Below are positions 1 through 14,789 of a DNA stretch of 64,000 bases, piece by piece. Under the pieces are notes generated by a model. That model worked only from the letters and a program-made list of their open reading frames with translations, ran no database searches and was not told where the DNA came from. Every line of letters starts with the position of its first letter. Position 1 is the first letter of the stretch. Source of the DNA: the human T2T-CHM13v2.0 reference genome, Homo sapiens; NCBI RefSeq assembly GCF_009914755.1, contig NC_060932.1. The stretch is one strand, 5' to 3'. A program made the translations under genes and the position numbers.

Positions 1-14
1 TATTGTCATTATCT

Positions 15-190
15 GAACATGCCTGTTTCTCTATCTGTAAAGTGGATATCTGTAATGGGACTGTCAGTCATTTCCATACTCTCAGCAGCTAACACAGTGC
101 CTGGCACATGGTAATCACTTGAGAAGAGATTTTTAGATGAAAGAATGAGTGAGGAGAATAGATGACAGAAAGAATAAATGAATGAATGGA
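15..190 (+). mobile_element. L2 LINE 3' end relic
   Basis: acagtgcctggcacatggtaatcact followed by the gaataaatgaatgaatg tail typical of L2 3' ends; boundaries approximate. Confidence 0.6.
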
Positions 191-734
191 ACATCTCTAA
201 TAACGGGGTTTCCGGCCCCACGTCAGTGCTGCTGATAGGGACAGATTTTATGGCCTCATGCAATGTGTTAAGCTGCCTCCTTTACCAATGCAGATGAAAA
301 CCATCCTTTTTATACTGTCCAAACAATTGGTGTTGAGGTTGTACATTTGCAATCTCAGGCTCAGGTTTTTTTTTTTTTTTTTTTTTGGATGTTGTGTGTG
401 TTCAAGTATAGACTTCATGTTCTCTTTTATTTTCCTTGAAGGTTAAACTTTTGCTTTTTTTCTTTTATAAAGATGTTTTTAAAATCCCATCTTGAAGCTT
501 TAAAGATTTTTCTCCCAGCAGATAGATATGGATATATAAAATCCACCCACCTTACAAATGAAAATGATTGATACACATCAAAAGTGTTACCAGCATCGGA
601 TAATAAAACCCAGCTCAAGTCTCTCTTTAAAAAGCTCACTCAAGGAATTTAACTGAAAAGGCAGATTCCTTAGAGACTCAATGATAGGGAATTTAAGAAT
701 GAGGAGAGTTGGTAATGGTAAAGAAAGTTACATT

Positions 735-900
735 TGTTAACGTTTCAGGCACTTTATATAGGATACATTTTCTAATCCCCCTCATATTGCAAGACAACCA
801 GCATCAGCCCCAGTTTTGCAGGAAAGGAAACTTGAGGCTCTGATATGTTAACCAGTGTGACCAAAGTCATGCATGTCATTGGCAGTACTGGTCTCTGATT
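735..900 (-). mobile_element. MIR SINE fragment
   Basis: ccccagttttgcaggaaaggaaacttgaggctc resembles the reverse complement of the MIR core. Confidence 0.6.
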
Positions 901-1099
901 AGGTTTCTGTGCATGTAGCCTCCACATGAATGATCCCACCATCAAGAAACCCCATGAAAAGGGCCATTGGTAAGACTGTGGCTTCATGCAAAAATTATGT
1001 GTCTCTGTTGTTGCAGGCCTCCTTTGATTGCTTCTTGCACAAGGCTGAGTCCTGGTGCACCTTTGTCATCCACAGAAGAGTGAGGGCTGGCAAAGTGGG

Positions 1100-1292
1100 C
1101 AGACACGGGGTCAAATCCCAGCTTCTCTGCTTATTAGCTGTATAGCTTTGAACAAATAACTCTCTTGATTTTCTGATCAGTAAAATGGTGGTGATGATGT
1201 TGCCTGCTTCACAGGATTGTTTTGAAGATTGACATACTGAATAGAAAGTCCTTAGACATGTACCTGGATATAGGAGGTGCCCAGTAAATGTT
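1100..1292 (+). mobile_element. MIR SINE
   Basis: tcaaatcccagct...gtaaaatggtggtgatgat...cttcacaggattgttttgaagatt...cagtaaatgt follows the MIR consensus order. Confidence 0.65.
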
Positions 1293-2129
1293 CACTCAAT
1301 AACTGGATGTCTTATTGAGAAATTAATGGTGTAGTGAATTTCCCCCTTTTGCTTTGTAATAGACTCCTCCCAACCCCACCTCTAGCCCTAAAGATACCTT
1401 GCTATGAATTTGCAAAGTCCTTCCCTCCCTCAAGATACTCTGTTTTTGTCTTCTGGAGATGCTCTTAATAGTTACATCTATGATGACTGTGAATATGAAC
1501 AGCATTTTCTAGGGTTATACAGGGTGAAACCTCTACAATAGTTCTCCACCACCCCGAATCACAAAGCACCATTTTCCTTTTCCTGAAAGTAAGAGGAAGA
1601 CTTCATGTCTTTGGGGGATTGCTCTCCCTTTTCCCAGGGTGGAACTGACCCATGGGTGGAGGCTCAGCTCTTTCCTGGTTGGGGTGGGAGTGGAAGCTGA
1701 TTTTCCAGAGGAGAGAAGGACACAGGCTCAACACTGGAAAAGGAGCGTTGAACTTCCTGAGCCACAACGATGAATATGGGAGGGTGGGATGAGGGAGATG
1801 CCGAGGCAGTAAGACCTTGAGATGGGATACAGTGGGAAGGTTCTGGGTGGACTGAGCCTACTTGTGCTGTGGTGTGGGCTCTGGTTGACTTCTCCTGGTA
1901 AAGATCTCCAGGTTCAGGGGAAGTGTGGTCCCCAACGAAGCCTTTCCCTTCAAATGGACCCTAAAGTACTTGACAAGGAGAACTGGGAGCTGCCACGGCA
2001 GCCTTGATAGACCAGAGGCTCTTCCTCATGTTTTTGACTGTAAAAACCTCACATCACATGTGTTATGGTGTGTCCGTTAATAACATGAGATTTAGAGGCA
2101 CAGTACTTGAGATGAGATCTTTCTCTGTC

Positions 2130-2297
2130 AGTACCTTGACCTTGGGCAAGTTAATCAGTTTCCTTATCAATTGCATGGAAATGCTAATAGTGCCTAACCC
2201 AAAATGTTGTCATGGGGATTAAATGAGTTAATACACATGAAGTGGGCAGAACAGCAGGTGTTATACAGTAAGCGCTCAATAATGTGCTAACTATTTG
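2130..2297 (+). mobile_element. MIR SINE
   Basis: gaccttgggcaagttaa, ggattaaatgagttaatacacatg and cagtaagcgctcaataa. Confidence 0.8.
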
Positions 2298-2779
2298 CAT
2301 CATTTTAGAGTCTCCAGGGAGGTGGGAGGTCTCCCAGATCCCTCCACTCATTATCTGAGAATGGGTTCATTGCCAATCTTGGCTGATGAGGCTGACATAA
2401 ATTTATTTTTATTTAAAAATACATGAAAATATGCCATTTCTGGCACCAGAGTGTTAATGAAGCCCTTCATAGACACTGCAGCTCTTGTCATCATCACTGG
2501 GGTGTGTGGTGTTCTGCAGGCCCAGGGCCTCAGCTGCTGTCCTGCTTCAGACGCTTTCATGAGGTGTCCTACAGCTCAGTGTTCTCCCATCACTCTCCCA
2601 TCCCAGCTGTTATCTCAGCTGTTTTCTTGGTTTGTGGTTCTTTATTCCCTTTCTGAGCTATTCAGAAATGCTGTCCATTCTAGGCTCTGCTTTCTGACTC
2701 CTACACACAGGGCTTGGCCTCTTCCTATCTTCAGTCACTTCTTCCCCTTGATCTTCCCTGTTTCCCAAAGACCCAAGAA

Positions 2780-3480
<701 letters not shown>

Positions 3481-4329
3481 GAAACCAGACTCCATGACTC
3501 AGAGCACAATCCTTCATCCTGCATCTTGAAGTGGCTGGGGGGCCAGACCTGGGCTTGTTCTGGTTGAATCTGAACGTCCGAGGTGCTTTGGCTCCCACTG
3601 CAGAGGGTGTCATGGGGGATGCTGAGAACAGTTGCTGGTATTAGGAGATGAGGCAAGGAGGGCAGTGCCAGGGTCTTCTTTAAGTGGCCAAGTTGTGTCC
3701 TGGGGAGGCAGGTAGGTGGGATGAATGTGCATCTGGGTGTGGGTGCTGCCCTCCCTCTAGTGACTGAATGACCTAAGCTTAACTCCATCATGTGCCATCA
3801 CCATCGCAACATGTGGCTGCAAAATTCACTGCCCAGGGAAAAAGCATGATGGATGAAGCCCTCAGGTTCTTATCTCCTTCACTTGAAAGGACACATTCCA
3901 CTTCTGCTCATCGCCTGTGGTCCTGTCAATGGCCTTACCCTTACTTCTCGTGAAGCTGAGAAATGTAGGGAGTCACCTGGAGGAGTCTTGTGATTGCTCC
4001 CTCTCTCTGCAACACCGCCTCCAATTTCCCCTCTCCTTTCCTTCAGTGTTAGTTGTTTGTATCAATACTCAGTATTTACATGACAGTGGTCCTGAAGATT
4101 CACCACTCCAGTCTCTTGCTGTGGTTCCAAGCTGCTGTCCTATTGGAACTGCCCCGCATCAGGCTTCCTTCAGCTGTCCCCAGTCAAGTAGTACCCAATG
4201 CGTGGGTAGTAATTCTGGCACCTTTCTTCTAGGTGTGAGATTCTTAATGAGGAACTTTGGTTGGAAGACTCCGCATTGGCCTATCCAAAATGTTCTTGTT
4301 AACTTTCTTTTTTTCCAAAATATCAGAAC

Positions 4330-5335
<1,006 letters not shown>

Positions 5336-6444
5336 ACTAAAAGATGGATGATGAAAAGTCAGTTTCCTCCCTAACCCTGTCTGCTGGCTGTGTTCTTTCT
5401 CATCCCAATCAGTTACTCGTGTACGTCTGGAGCTCAGCCATTATGCTCAGGCTGCTTTGTCCCCTGGCATTACCTTCAACATTATTAACATTTCCTCAAC
5501 CCATTAAAAAGTCTTTGCAAACATCCTTTTAGTAGCATCTCAATATTCTAATACATGGATATATCATAAAATTGATTTGATCAATTCACTCATGTGAAGT
5601 GTCAGGCTCTGTCTACTTTTTATATTGTAAACAGTGACCTGATAAGCATGCCTGTAAATCTTCATATATATTTCAAATTCTTTCTCGATATTCTGTTTCC
5701 AAAGTATGTTCACATGCAGGATCTCAGTTTTGGGGTTAGAGTGGACATGGTCTCCTGTGGTTTGATATTCTGTTCTCCCCATGGACGGTTAAGGATGGGG
5801 CCTCATTTTACAGGTAATCAAGCACGAATGTCAGGGAACATTTGGTCATCTCTTGCTCACACGCAGAGTGCAGAAATTCCCTTCCTGCAAATCACTTTTT
5901 GCTAAAGGGAGGCTTTCTCACTCATGCCAGATGACATCATCTCCAGGCCCAGCTGTCCGCAGAAACTCAAAGCTGTGAGCCTTAGAAGTCACGATTTTCC
6001 AATCCTACTTTGAGCTTCTAAAGCAATGACAACAAAAAATTATACACCTTGTTCTTCCTCTCCACAAGTTCTGAATACTTAGAGAGTTCAGACGGTTTTA
6101 GAATTCTGCTCTCAGCAAGATCTGATGCACGCAGGAGAAGTACTGTATTATATTGGTTGGGCCGTTTTCCTCTTTAAAGCATTTTTATATCTGGAAACAC
6201 ATCTGATCCCCACTCCACCCCTGCAAGGTCTCAGAGCCAGGCTTGCTGTCCCTCTTTATGATTAAATGGTCTCAGAGTGGGGTCAAGGTCACACAGTGAT
6301 TTCAAGGCAGATCTGGGTCCTGATCCCTGGCCTTCCAAGCTTACCTCCAGCTGGTTTCACTAGGCAGCATAACTGGGGTGCTTTTAGAAAACAGAAACAT
6401 CATCAGAGAATCAGGTCGAGTTACTGGTTAAAAAAAAAAAAAAA

Positions 6445-6650
6445 GACTTAGGATCTCTGGAGTCAGGAGTGACCTGGGTATCAATCCTAGCAAATCTCTT
6501 CTTGTCTGAGTCTCATGGTTTTTAATTTAATTTTTATTTTTCCTGCAGGGAGAGAATAATGCCACCTATCTTCAGTGTTGTTATGAGCATTAAAACTTGA
6601 GAATGAGAACATATATCATAGTGCCTGTCATATAGCTAGGATCTCAACCC
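6445..6650 (+). mobile_element. MIR SINE
   Basis: ctctggagtcag...cctgggt...aataatgccacctatc...ttgttatgagcattaaa...atagtgcctgtcatatag. Confidence 0.65.
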
Positions 6651-6659
6651 TTCTGAATG

Positions 6660-6910
6660 TCCTATTCAACATGGTGGCTCACAGCTCCCAAAGGCTTGCA
6701 TGCTGACACAGAGTGGGTGAGCCAGGGGGACGCCTACCATGCAGCATCACTTCTGCCACATTTTATTGGTTGAGGGAGTTACAAAAGTTTGCCTGGGTTC
6801 AAGGGAAGACAACAGAGATCCTCCTTGATGAAGGGGTGTCACACTCTAAGAAAAGTATATGTGATGATATTTATATTGGTGCAACCATCTTTGGAAAGCA
6901 CAATCTACAT
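6660..6910 (-). mobile_element. MLT1G/H-like MaLR LTR fragment
   Basis: catcacttctgccacattttattggtt and terminal ccatctttggaaagcacaatctaca (reverse complement of the MLT1G/H 5' end). Confidence 0.65.
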
Positions 6911-6974
6911 CCTACCATTTGCATGACTCTTGGCTCCTGTACCCACAAGGTCTCTAGTGATTATTTTCTTGGAC

Positions 6975-7380
6975 AAGGGTTGTAGTTGCCTGCTCACCAG
7001 CCATTCTACTTCCTTCTGGCAGCAGCACCCTGATTCCCATTTGGGAGTTGCTCCCCCAGGATGTGAAGTTTCAGTGGGACTGTCAAATGTGGGCATGAAC
7101 CTCAAGCTTAGCCAGTCAGGTTCTCTCCTCCAGGAATCTGAGTCTTGAGTGGAGTTACAGGAAGCAGAAACTGAGAAACAATAAATGGCTAGAGCTATTT
7201 CTCCTGGTGGTGACCAGGACCTGGAAGCTGCTCTCCTTGCTGACCTTTCTGAAGCAGGCTGTTCCGCTTTGCTGCAGATGCTTAGAGCTACTCCATATCC
7301 TTCCCTGAGTTTATTTTTTTTCCCTAAAGTTAGCCAGATGGACTTTCTGTTGCTTGCAACCAACAAAGTCTAACTGGCAC
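6975..7380 (+). mobile_element. MLT1K/L-like MaLR LTR
   Basis: Ends in the MLT1-type 3' terminus ctttctgttgcttgcaaccaacaaagtctaactg. Confidence 0.6.
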
Positions 7381-8236
7381 CATTGCTATTTAAAATGCTA
7401 ATACACTGTCACTCTTATAATGCAATTAACTGCCATTAGTGCTGTATTCCACCAACCAATAGCTAAAGCAAAAGAGCGAGAGGCTCTGCCACCTGCTCCA
7501 AAGTAAAGACAGGGATGACCTCCTTCCCTCTGGATTCACTACAGTGAGATGTGTGGAATGATCACTCCCAGATGGAAGCAGGAGACATGGGCTTGAATTT
7601 CAGCTGTTCTGTGTGACCTACAACAAGTTATCACACTTCTCTGAGCTCAGGTTTCCTCACTGGCATATGGGTCCGGAGGATATTCACCAGATATAAACTT
7701 AATGAGAGCAGGCATTGTGTCTTATTCTCTCTGTATCACAAAGAGTAGCACATAATATATGTTAAATAAATAATGGTCACATATAGGAATAATGGGACAT
7801 TGAAGAACTACTTTACAGAGCCACCAGATAATCACCTCTTTTAGGTAGGGACTATTTCTATTTTATTTGTTTATGTACAGGCCCCAGCACAGCCCTGAAA
7901 CATGAAGTAATTAGGCTAAATATATTTTATACTTAAATTCGTTAATGTATATAGTATAATATGACATAATATAGTATAATGTAATGTAAGTAAGTGCCAG
8001 GCATGCATTTGCTGGTGCACAGAGACTCTTGCCTAGGAAAGACAAACTTGGAGAAAGTGTTCATTTCCAAAGTTTGCTTTTCCAGTTTGAACAGTGCATT
8101 AGGATTTCAGAAAGTGAATTTTGAATACTAACTCATCTGTTTCTGCTTTTATTTGACACCTCTGATTCCCATCTTAGGTTCTCCCAGCTCGTGAATGAAT
8201 TGGAGTTGTTCCGCTCTGCTGCCAGTGATGCAAAAA

Positions 8237-8320
8237 CTGTGTGCATGTGTCTGTGTGTGTGCATGCAACACGGGCATGTGCGTATGTGTATATGTGCATC
8301 TGTGTGCATGGGTGTGTGCA
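8237..8320. repeat. Degenerate (TG/CA)n low-complexity tract
   Basis: tgtgtgcatgtgtctgtgtgtgtgcatgc...gtgtatatgtgcatctgtgtgcatgggtgtgtgca. Confidence 0.8.
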
Positions 8321-8595
8321 GGGCAAATGGAAGCCCACTGGCTACCTTTTCTTCTTTTCCAGTGCTCAAGGTTTTGGTGAGAGCTGACCGTGCGAGGGTT
8401 ACTGGCACGTAGTTCTCAAGGCAGTTCTCACCTACAGCACTCCATGCAGGTAGAAAAAAAGAGGAAATGATCTACTTTCCCATTTTCCCAGCCTCACAGG
8501 AAGGAAGGGCTTTAGGGGATGGCTGGCTGGAGTTCATCCATGACAGCTTCGGTTTCCTAATTCTCAGAAAGGTCTGTCATGGGTGACTGCACACA

Positions 8596-9084
8596 TGTGT
8601 CAGTTAACTTTTGCTGCATAACAAACCATGCCAAATGTAGTCGGGGAAGATAGCAAGCATTTCTTCTTCTTTTTTTTTCTATCATTCTGTGGATTGGCTG
8701 GGTGGTCTTCTATTCTGAGCTGGTGTGGCTATGTTTGAGTGCTCTAGAATGGCTTTGCTCTCTTATCAGGGTCTCTAATGCAACAGCTGGGACTCTCCAC
8801 CTGGTGCCTCATTCTCCAAGAGGCTAGCCCAAGCTTGTTCACATGATGGCAGAAGATTCCTGAGGAGCAAAGAAGAGCAGATCCCAATGTACATATGCTT
8901 TTCAAGTGTCAGCTCGTATTATGTTTGCTGTTGTCCTCTAGGCTAAGGCAAGTCACATGGCCATGCCTAGATTCAAGGTGGGAGCAATAAATCCCACTAT
9001 TTGATAGAAAGAGTGGCTGAGACCCATCGCAAAGGAGCATGTGCCCAAGTGGAGGGAATGCATGGCCACTTGCAAGCTACCACA
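8596..9084 (-). mobile_element. MLT1-family MaLR LTR
   Basis: Starts tgtgtcagttaacttttgctgcataacaaacc, contains caagtcacatggcc, ends ctaccaca. Confidence 0.75.
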
Positions 9085-9622
9085 GCACAGATAGATAGGC
9101 CAGGGCAGGCAGTAAGATGTGGAGAACAGTGCAAGACGATAGTCATCCACCTGGTGAGCTCTGGAGGACACGGAAGCATGCCATCTGTTTGTTAATCAAG
9201 CAGAGAGACAAGCCTTGCTTTCTTCTCTGTTCTCAGTTGGATACTGGAGAAGCAGACAGTCCTTGTCCTTAAGGAGACCACAGCCTGGTGAGGAAGGCAC
9301 AACTCTGCCTAGGGAAGATCATCATGGGCAGCTGTCAGAGACCCTGGAGAAACAGGCTGAGGACCTCTAGGAGCTGTAGGAGTAGCCAGCACCTGCGGGG
9401 GGCTGAATGAATCAGGAGTGGACAGCAGGCTGAATCTGTGGAGGACCCAGAGACTAATTCCAGCAGCAGCTCAGGTTTGACCAAGAACATCCCAGATTAG
9501 GGCCTGGAGAATGCTGAAATCTTAAAACTTTGCAGCTGGAAGGAGGTTGGATTTTATTCTCTTCAGTCATCTTGTTCTATAGCACCGTGACCATGGCTCT
9601 TATTATATATTTTTAGAACATG

Positions 9623-10010
9623 ATTATTAGTCAGGACAGGTTAACCGCTGTAACAAGCCAACTCCTGAATCCCAGTGATTTACCTGTTAAAGGTTTATTT
9701 CTTATTCTCACCAAGTCTGATGCAGATGCTCCTAGCCACAGGTGGTCTTCTATGGGGTCATTCAGTGACCCAGGTTCCTCCCATGTTGTGGCTCTGCTCT
9801 CGTCCTGGGCCTGGGGGCCCTCTGTTAGACCCTGCATTTGGCCACCAAAGGAGGAAGAGGCTGTGGGAGCATTTTGTGGGCCAGGCCTGACCACATCCCC
9901 ATCACCCACATCCGCTGGCTGGAGCTTGGTCACATGGCTCACATTGCAAATAAGCTAGGGAATAAGGATTAGCTGTGTGCCCATGAATACAGTGAGATGG
10001 GCTAGGGAAC
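9623..10010 (-). mobile_element. MLT1K/L-like MaLR LTR
   Basis: tattagtcaggacaggtta...gctgtaacaa...aaaggtttatttctt...cattcagtgacccagg...gtcacatggc. Confidence 0.65.
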
Positions 10011-11059
10011 ACATCTCGGTGCCTACATGTGAACACCTCTTTGCCTGGAAAGCAAGTTCTTCAGGTGACTGGAGTCATATTTGTCACACAGTCCCAGGAC
10101 CTGTCCCAGCCTCTAGGGAAGGGAAGGTGCTTGACCCACATGGACTGAAGGCACCCAACTCTTGGACTTTGCCTTGACCTTGGGCTCTATCCTCATTCAT
10201 TGGAGTCAGTGCCTAAGCCCAGCTTTCTGTTTTTCTCTGGCCACAGCTTTCTTGGGGCTCACGTCACTCTGGCTATTCTTGATCCTGGCCTCTATCCTGA
10301 CTCCAGTTTCTTGGCTGCAAACCCCAGCCCTGGGCCCATCCATCTCCCTGTGAAGACCAAGACAATCAGACAACCAGGAGTTTCTTCCATCAGCCTGTCC
10401 TCTACTAAAGCATCATGGATCCTTTAGTCACATCAAGCTTCTAGCCCCAAACAGGCCTCCACCAAAATGACACATCCAGAAACTTTCTCAGCAAGAAGAG
10501 AAGCCTGGTCCATCCCAGGCCTGTTTGTGTCAGATCAAAGACACAGCTGGCTGGAACACATAATCAGCCTGACCCCAAAGCCGGCAGGGCCCTGAGGCCC
10601 CTGCAGCTGCAATGAGGCCTGAGCAGATAATTCCCCCTCCCCAGGCCATGCCAGTGGGCAGCCTCTCCCCCTGCCAGTCCCTTGTCAGCCTCAGACCCAG
10701 AAAGGGCAACTCTAGGGAGGAGAGATAGGAAACAAAAAACCCCCAGCATGCTGCCCAGTGTTATTTCTCAGCATGGAAAAAGAATGCCAGTTCAAAGGGC
10801 TGCCCCACTTTCCAGCAACAAGGTTTACCTTGGGGAGGAAGGGGGCATGTTGTGTTGAAGCCCAGGGGAACCATTAAAAGAGATGTTTTGGAGACAGCAA
10901 GCAGGCATGCTTTTGATAAAGAACTTTGGCTTCATCTCTGAAAAACAGAAATTTGAAATTAAAAAAAGATCAAGACAGCATTGGAATAAATAATAGCTGC
11001 CATTTTTTTCTGTCTCTATATGACAAGTACTTTTTATGCCATTGAAATAATCTTCCAAA

Positions 11060-11205
11060 AAGCTTGTAAGGTGGGCATATTAACAATATTTTATAGATGA
11101 AGAAACTGAAGTTCAGAGAGTCCGAGTAACTCTGTCAAGGTTATATGTTTCCGTGTGGCTGGGTCAGGGCTGGAACCTGGGACTTTTCTGATTCCAGAAC
11201 CTATT
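11060..11205 (-). mobile_element. MIR SINE
   Basis: attttatagatgaagaaactgaagttcagagag core, antisense. Confidence 0.75.
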
Positions 11206-11339
11206 TCTCCCCTACTATTTCATACTTTCCAGATGCCAGGTTTTTCTTCCATAATAAGAAAGGGTCACTGCTGCCCTAACTTAGCCTTTATAATCTTGGG
11301 GTATTTGTGCCTAATAGCCCTTTCCACTGTATATCAGTT

Positions 11340-11500
11340 AAAGCTCACAACAGTCCTATGACAAGTACGCTATTATATCCCAAGCCTTTTGAGGATAAAA
11401 GAAACCGAGAAACCTGAAATGACTTGCTCAAGGGCCAGGATGAGGTAGAGGCAGGAATGGAACACAGCTGCCGGATTCCATATCCAGTGCTCGTTCCTCC
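11340..11500 (-). mobile_element. MIR SINE
   Basis: ctcacaacagtcctatgacaagtacgctattatatccc...gaaatgacttgctcaagg. Confidence 0.65.
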
Positions 11501-11504
11501 ACAC

Positions 11505-11751
11505 CAGGGATTGGCAAACTATGGCTCCTGGGCCAAGTCTGTTGAGCTGCCTCTTCTTGTAAGGCCTGTGAGCACTTTTTTTGTTTGTTTTTAATAACAT
11601 TTTTAAGATTTGTTTTTACATTTTAAATGGCTTTTAAAAAGTCAAAAGAAGAATAATATTTTGTGGCATGTGAAAAATTTCAGTGTCCATAAAAAAGTTT
11701 TATTGGCACACACCCATGTCTATTTGTTTCTTTATCGTCCATGATGCTGTG
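11505..11751 (+). mobile_element. MER58B (hAT-Charlie), truncated at its right end
   Basis: Left TIR cagggattggcaaactatggc; tcaaaagaagaataatatttt and tttcagtgtccataaaaaagttttattgg match MER58B; no right TIR seen. Confidence 0.8.
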
Positions 11752-12195
11752 CTTCAGGCTCTGCTCTCGGACGGCCCTCAAGAGCACCCTGTCTGGGGCA
11801 CTTCCTTCCTCTCTTTGATGTACTGGAATGATGGACCACACCCATTTTCCCCTCACCCTCTAGGAAATCTGAAGAAGGCTTTCTTCTAGGAAAGATATAT
11901 TTTTATTTTTTTGCAAAATGTTTAGGCTCTAGGAGTAGTGAGTAATCAAAATGCAAAAGTAAGAAGGAGGCCAGGACTTGAGGGAGGAGAAACTTCTGGG
12001 AGCAGGAAGAGGTGAGGACTCTGCCTGCCAGACTCAGAGATTTCCCTGAGCAGGGTTGGGTTGGGTAGGAGGAGGGCTAAGGGTCTAGGCTCCTAGAGGG
12101 TGAGGGAAAACAGGTGTGGCCCATGACTCCAGCATATCAAAGAGAGGAAGGAAGGACCACAGCCAGGGTGCTCACAGTGCAAGTAGAGCCTGGAG
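11752..12195. repeat. Inverted duplication, arms 11752-11865 and 12091-12195
   Basis: Core 11782-11865 versus the reverse complement of 12091-12173 aligns at 72/84 positions by hand; outer cttcaggctctgct pairs with agtagagcctggag. Confidence 0.9.
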
Positions 12196-12553
12196 AGGAG
12201 GAGGAGCAGAATGACAAGAAAGGATGTTGAAAAACGGGGCCCTGGGTCTTGGGGTGCTGATGTCATCAAAGGTTTCCCCGTGCCCAAGCTGTGCAGCTGC
12301 AGTCACCTGACTCTGAGGGGCCACTGTGTGTTTGGAGGATGAGAGTGGCATTGGCAACTAGGAATGAGTGTGGAGGAGAAGCTGCTCCCTGCCCTGTGGG
12401 AACCACATGGGATTCCTGGGACTGGGTCCACCTTAAAAAGTGAAGGGGCCTAAAAAATGATCAAAAAGGGATTTTCTGTCAGCCCACATGGGATAGGGGT
12501 ACAACGCTGAAATTATGTTGAGTTTAAAGAAGATACACATTTCTTAACCATCT

Positions 12554-13023
12554 TGTTACGCGTGCGTCTAATTGAAGAGACAACCTGAACAGGCTAAGTG
12601 TGAGCAACAAGGCTGTTTATTCACTTGGGTGTGAGTGGGCTGAGTCCAAAAAGGGAGTCAGTGGAGGGTGGTGGGATTGGAGCTAGTTTTACAGGTTAGG
12701 GGTAAGCAGTGGAAAGTTACAGTTAGGGGCCCTTTATTGTGGGCAGGGGAAGAATGTCCCAAGGTACATTATCACAAGGTGGGAGGGGTCACAGAGCACA
12801 GTGTCACGAGGTTGATTGATCAGTTAGGGTAGAGCATGTTACAATGGTAGAATGTGGCAAGGTTGGCTAATCAGCTAAGACAGGAACTGGCTGTTTTTCT
12901 TCTTTTGTGGTTTTCCCGTTGTCCCAGACTTTCTGACTCCAGGAGACCTTCTGGATGTGTATGTGTGTGTCACAGGGGTTATAATGGCTTGACCATAGCG
13001 CAGCCTGCTCCAAGGACCTTACA
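12554..13023 (-). mobile_element. ERV1 solo LTR of the HERV-H/F supergroup (LTR21/LTR46-like)
   Basis: TG...CA termini, perfect 5-bp TSD CATCT (12549-53, 13024-28); LTR7-like R/U5 gtgtgagcaacaaggctgtttattcac; exact subfamily uncertain. Confidence 0.85.
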
Positions 13024-13450
13024 CATCTGACTCTTTGGACTGACAGCCATGTCTGCTACAGGTGTGAAATGCTTTGAATAGCCAGGCCCAGGCTGGACAC
13101 TCAGTATTAGCTCCTCCTCCTGGTCCCCCTCCTTTTTATCATTATTATTGCTAAGACAAAGCTGAATTTTGACTCCTCGTTTTCCTAATGTTGTGACTCG
13201 TCCTAAATCAATAGCTATTGGGAATGTTCTGGGTGCTCAGTTGTTTTGTAGGTCTTGATGGGAAGATCTGAATAGAGATGTGGTTTCTGGGTGGATCAGA
13301 AACTCTGGAAACTGGAACAATGATGAATGATGCAAGAGAACATAGATGTGTGTGGCACAGCCCAGGAAGGGGTGTTCACAGAAAGGACAGGTCATCGAGA
13401 TCTGCAGGAGAAGCTGAGTCTCAGGATAAGGGATCGTTAAAGGAGGAAGA

Positions 13451-13912
13451 TGTGAAAGGAAAATAAATCTTGGGGCCCCCAGATCACTAAGCTAATGGGA
13501 AAAGTCAAACTGGGAACTGCTTAGGGCAAACCTGCCTCCTATTCTATTCAAAGTCACCCCTCACTGAGATAAATGCATATCTTATTGCCTTCTTTGTAGA
13601 GGGTAATCAGAAACTCAAAAGAAGGCAAACATTTGTCTCTTATCTACCTATGACCCGGGAGCCCCCTCCCTGCCAGTTGCCTTGCCTTTGCTTTGAGTTG
13701 TCCTACTTTTCTGGACCAAATCAATGTTCATCTTATGTATGTTGATTGATGTCTCATGTCTCCCTAAAATGTATGAAACCAAGCTGTGCCCTGACCACCT
13801 TAGGCACATATCCTCAGGACCTCCTGAGGCTGTCATGAGTGCGCATCCTTAACTTTGGCAAAATAAACTTCCTAAATTGACTGAGACCTGTCTCAGATTT
13901 TTGGTGTTCACA
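13451..13912 (+). mobile_element. MER4A1-like ERV1 solo LTR
   Basis: Starts tgtgaaaggaaaataaatcttgggg, has aataaa near the 3' end, ends ttcaca; 4-bp TSD AAGA. Confidence 0.88.
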
Positions 13913-13934
13913 AAGACAGAGATGACCAAGTACA

Positions 13935-14789
<855 letters not shown>

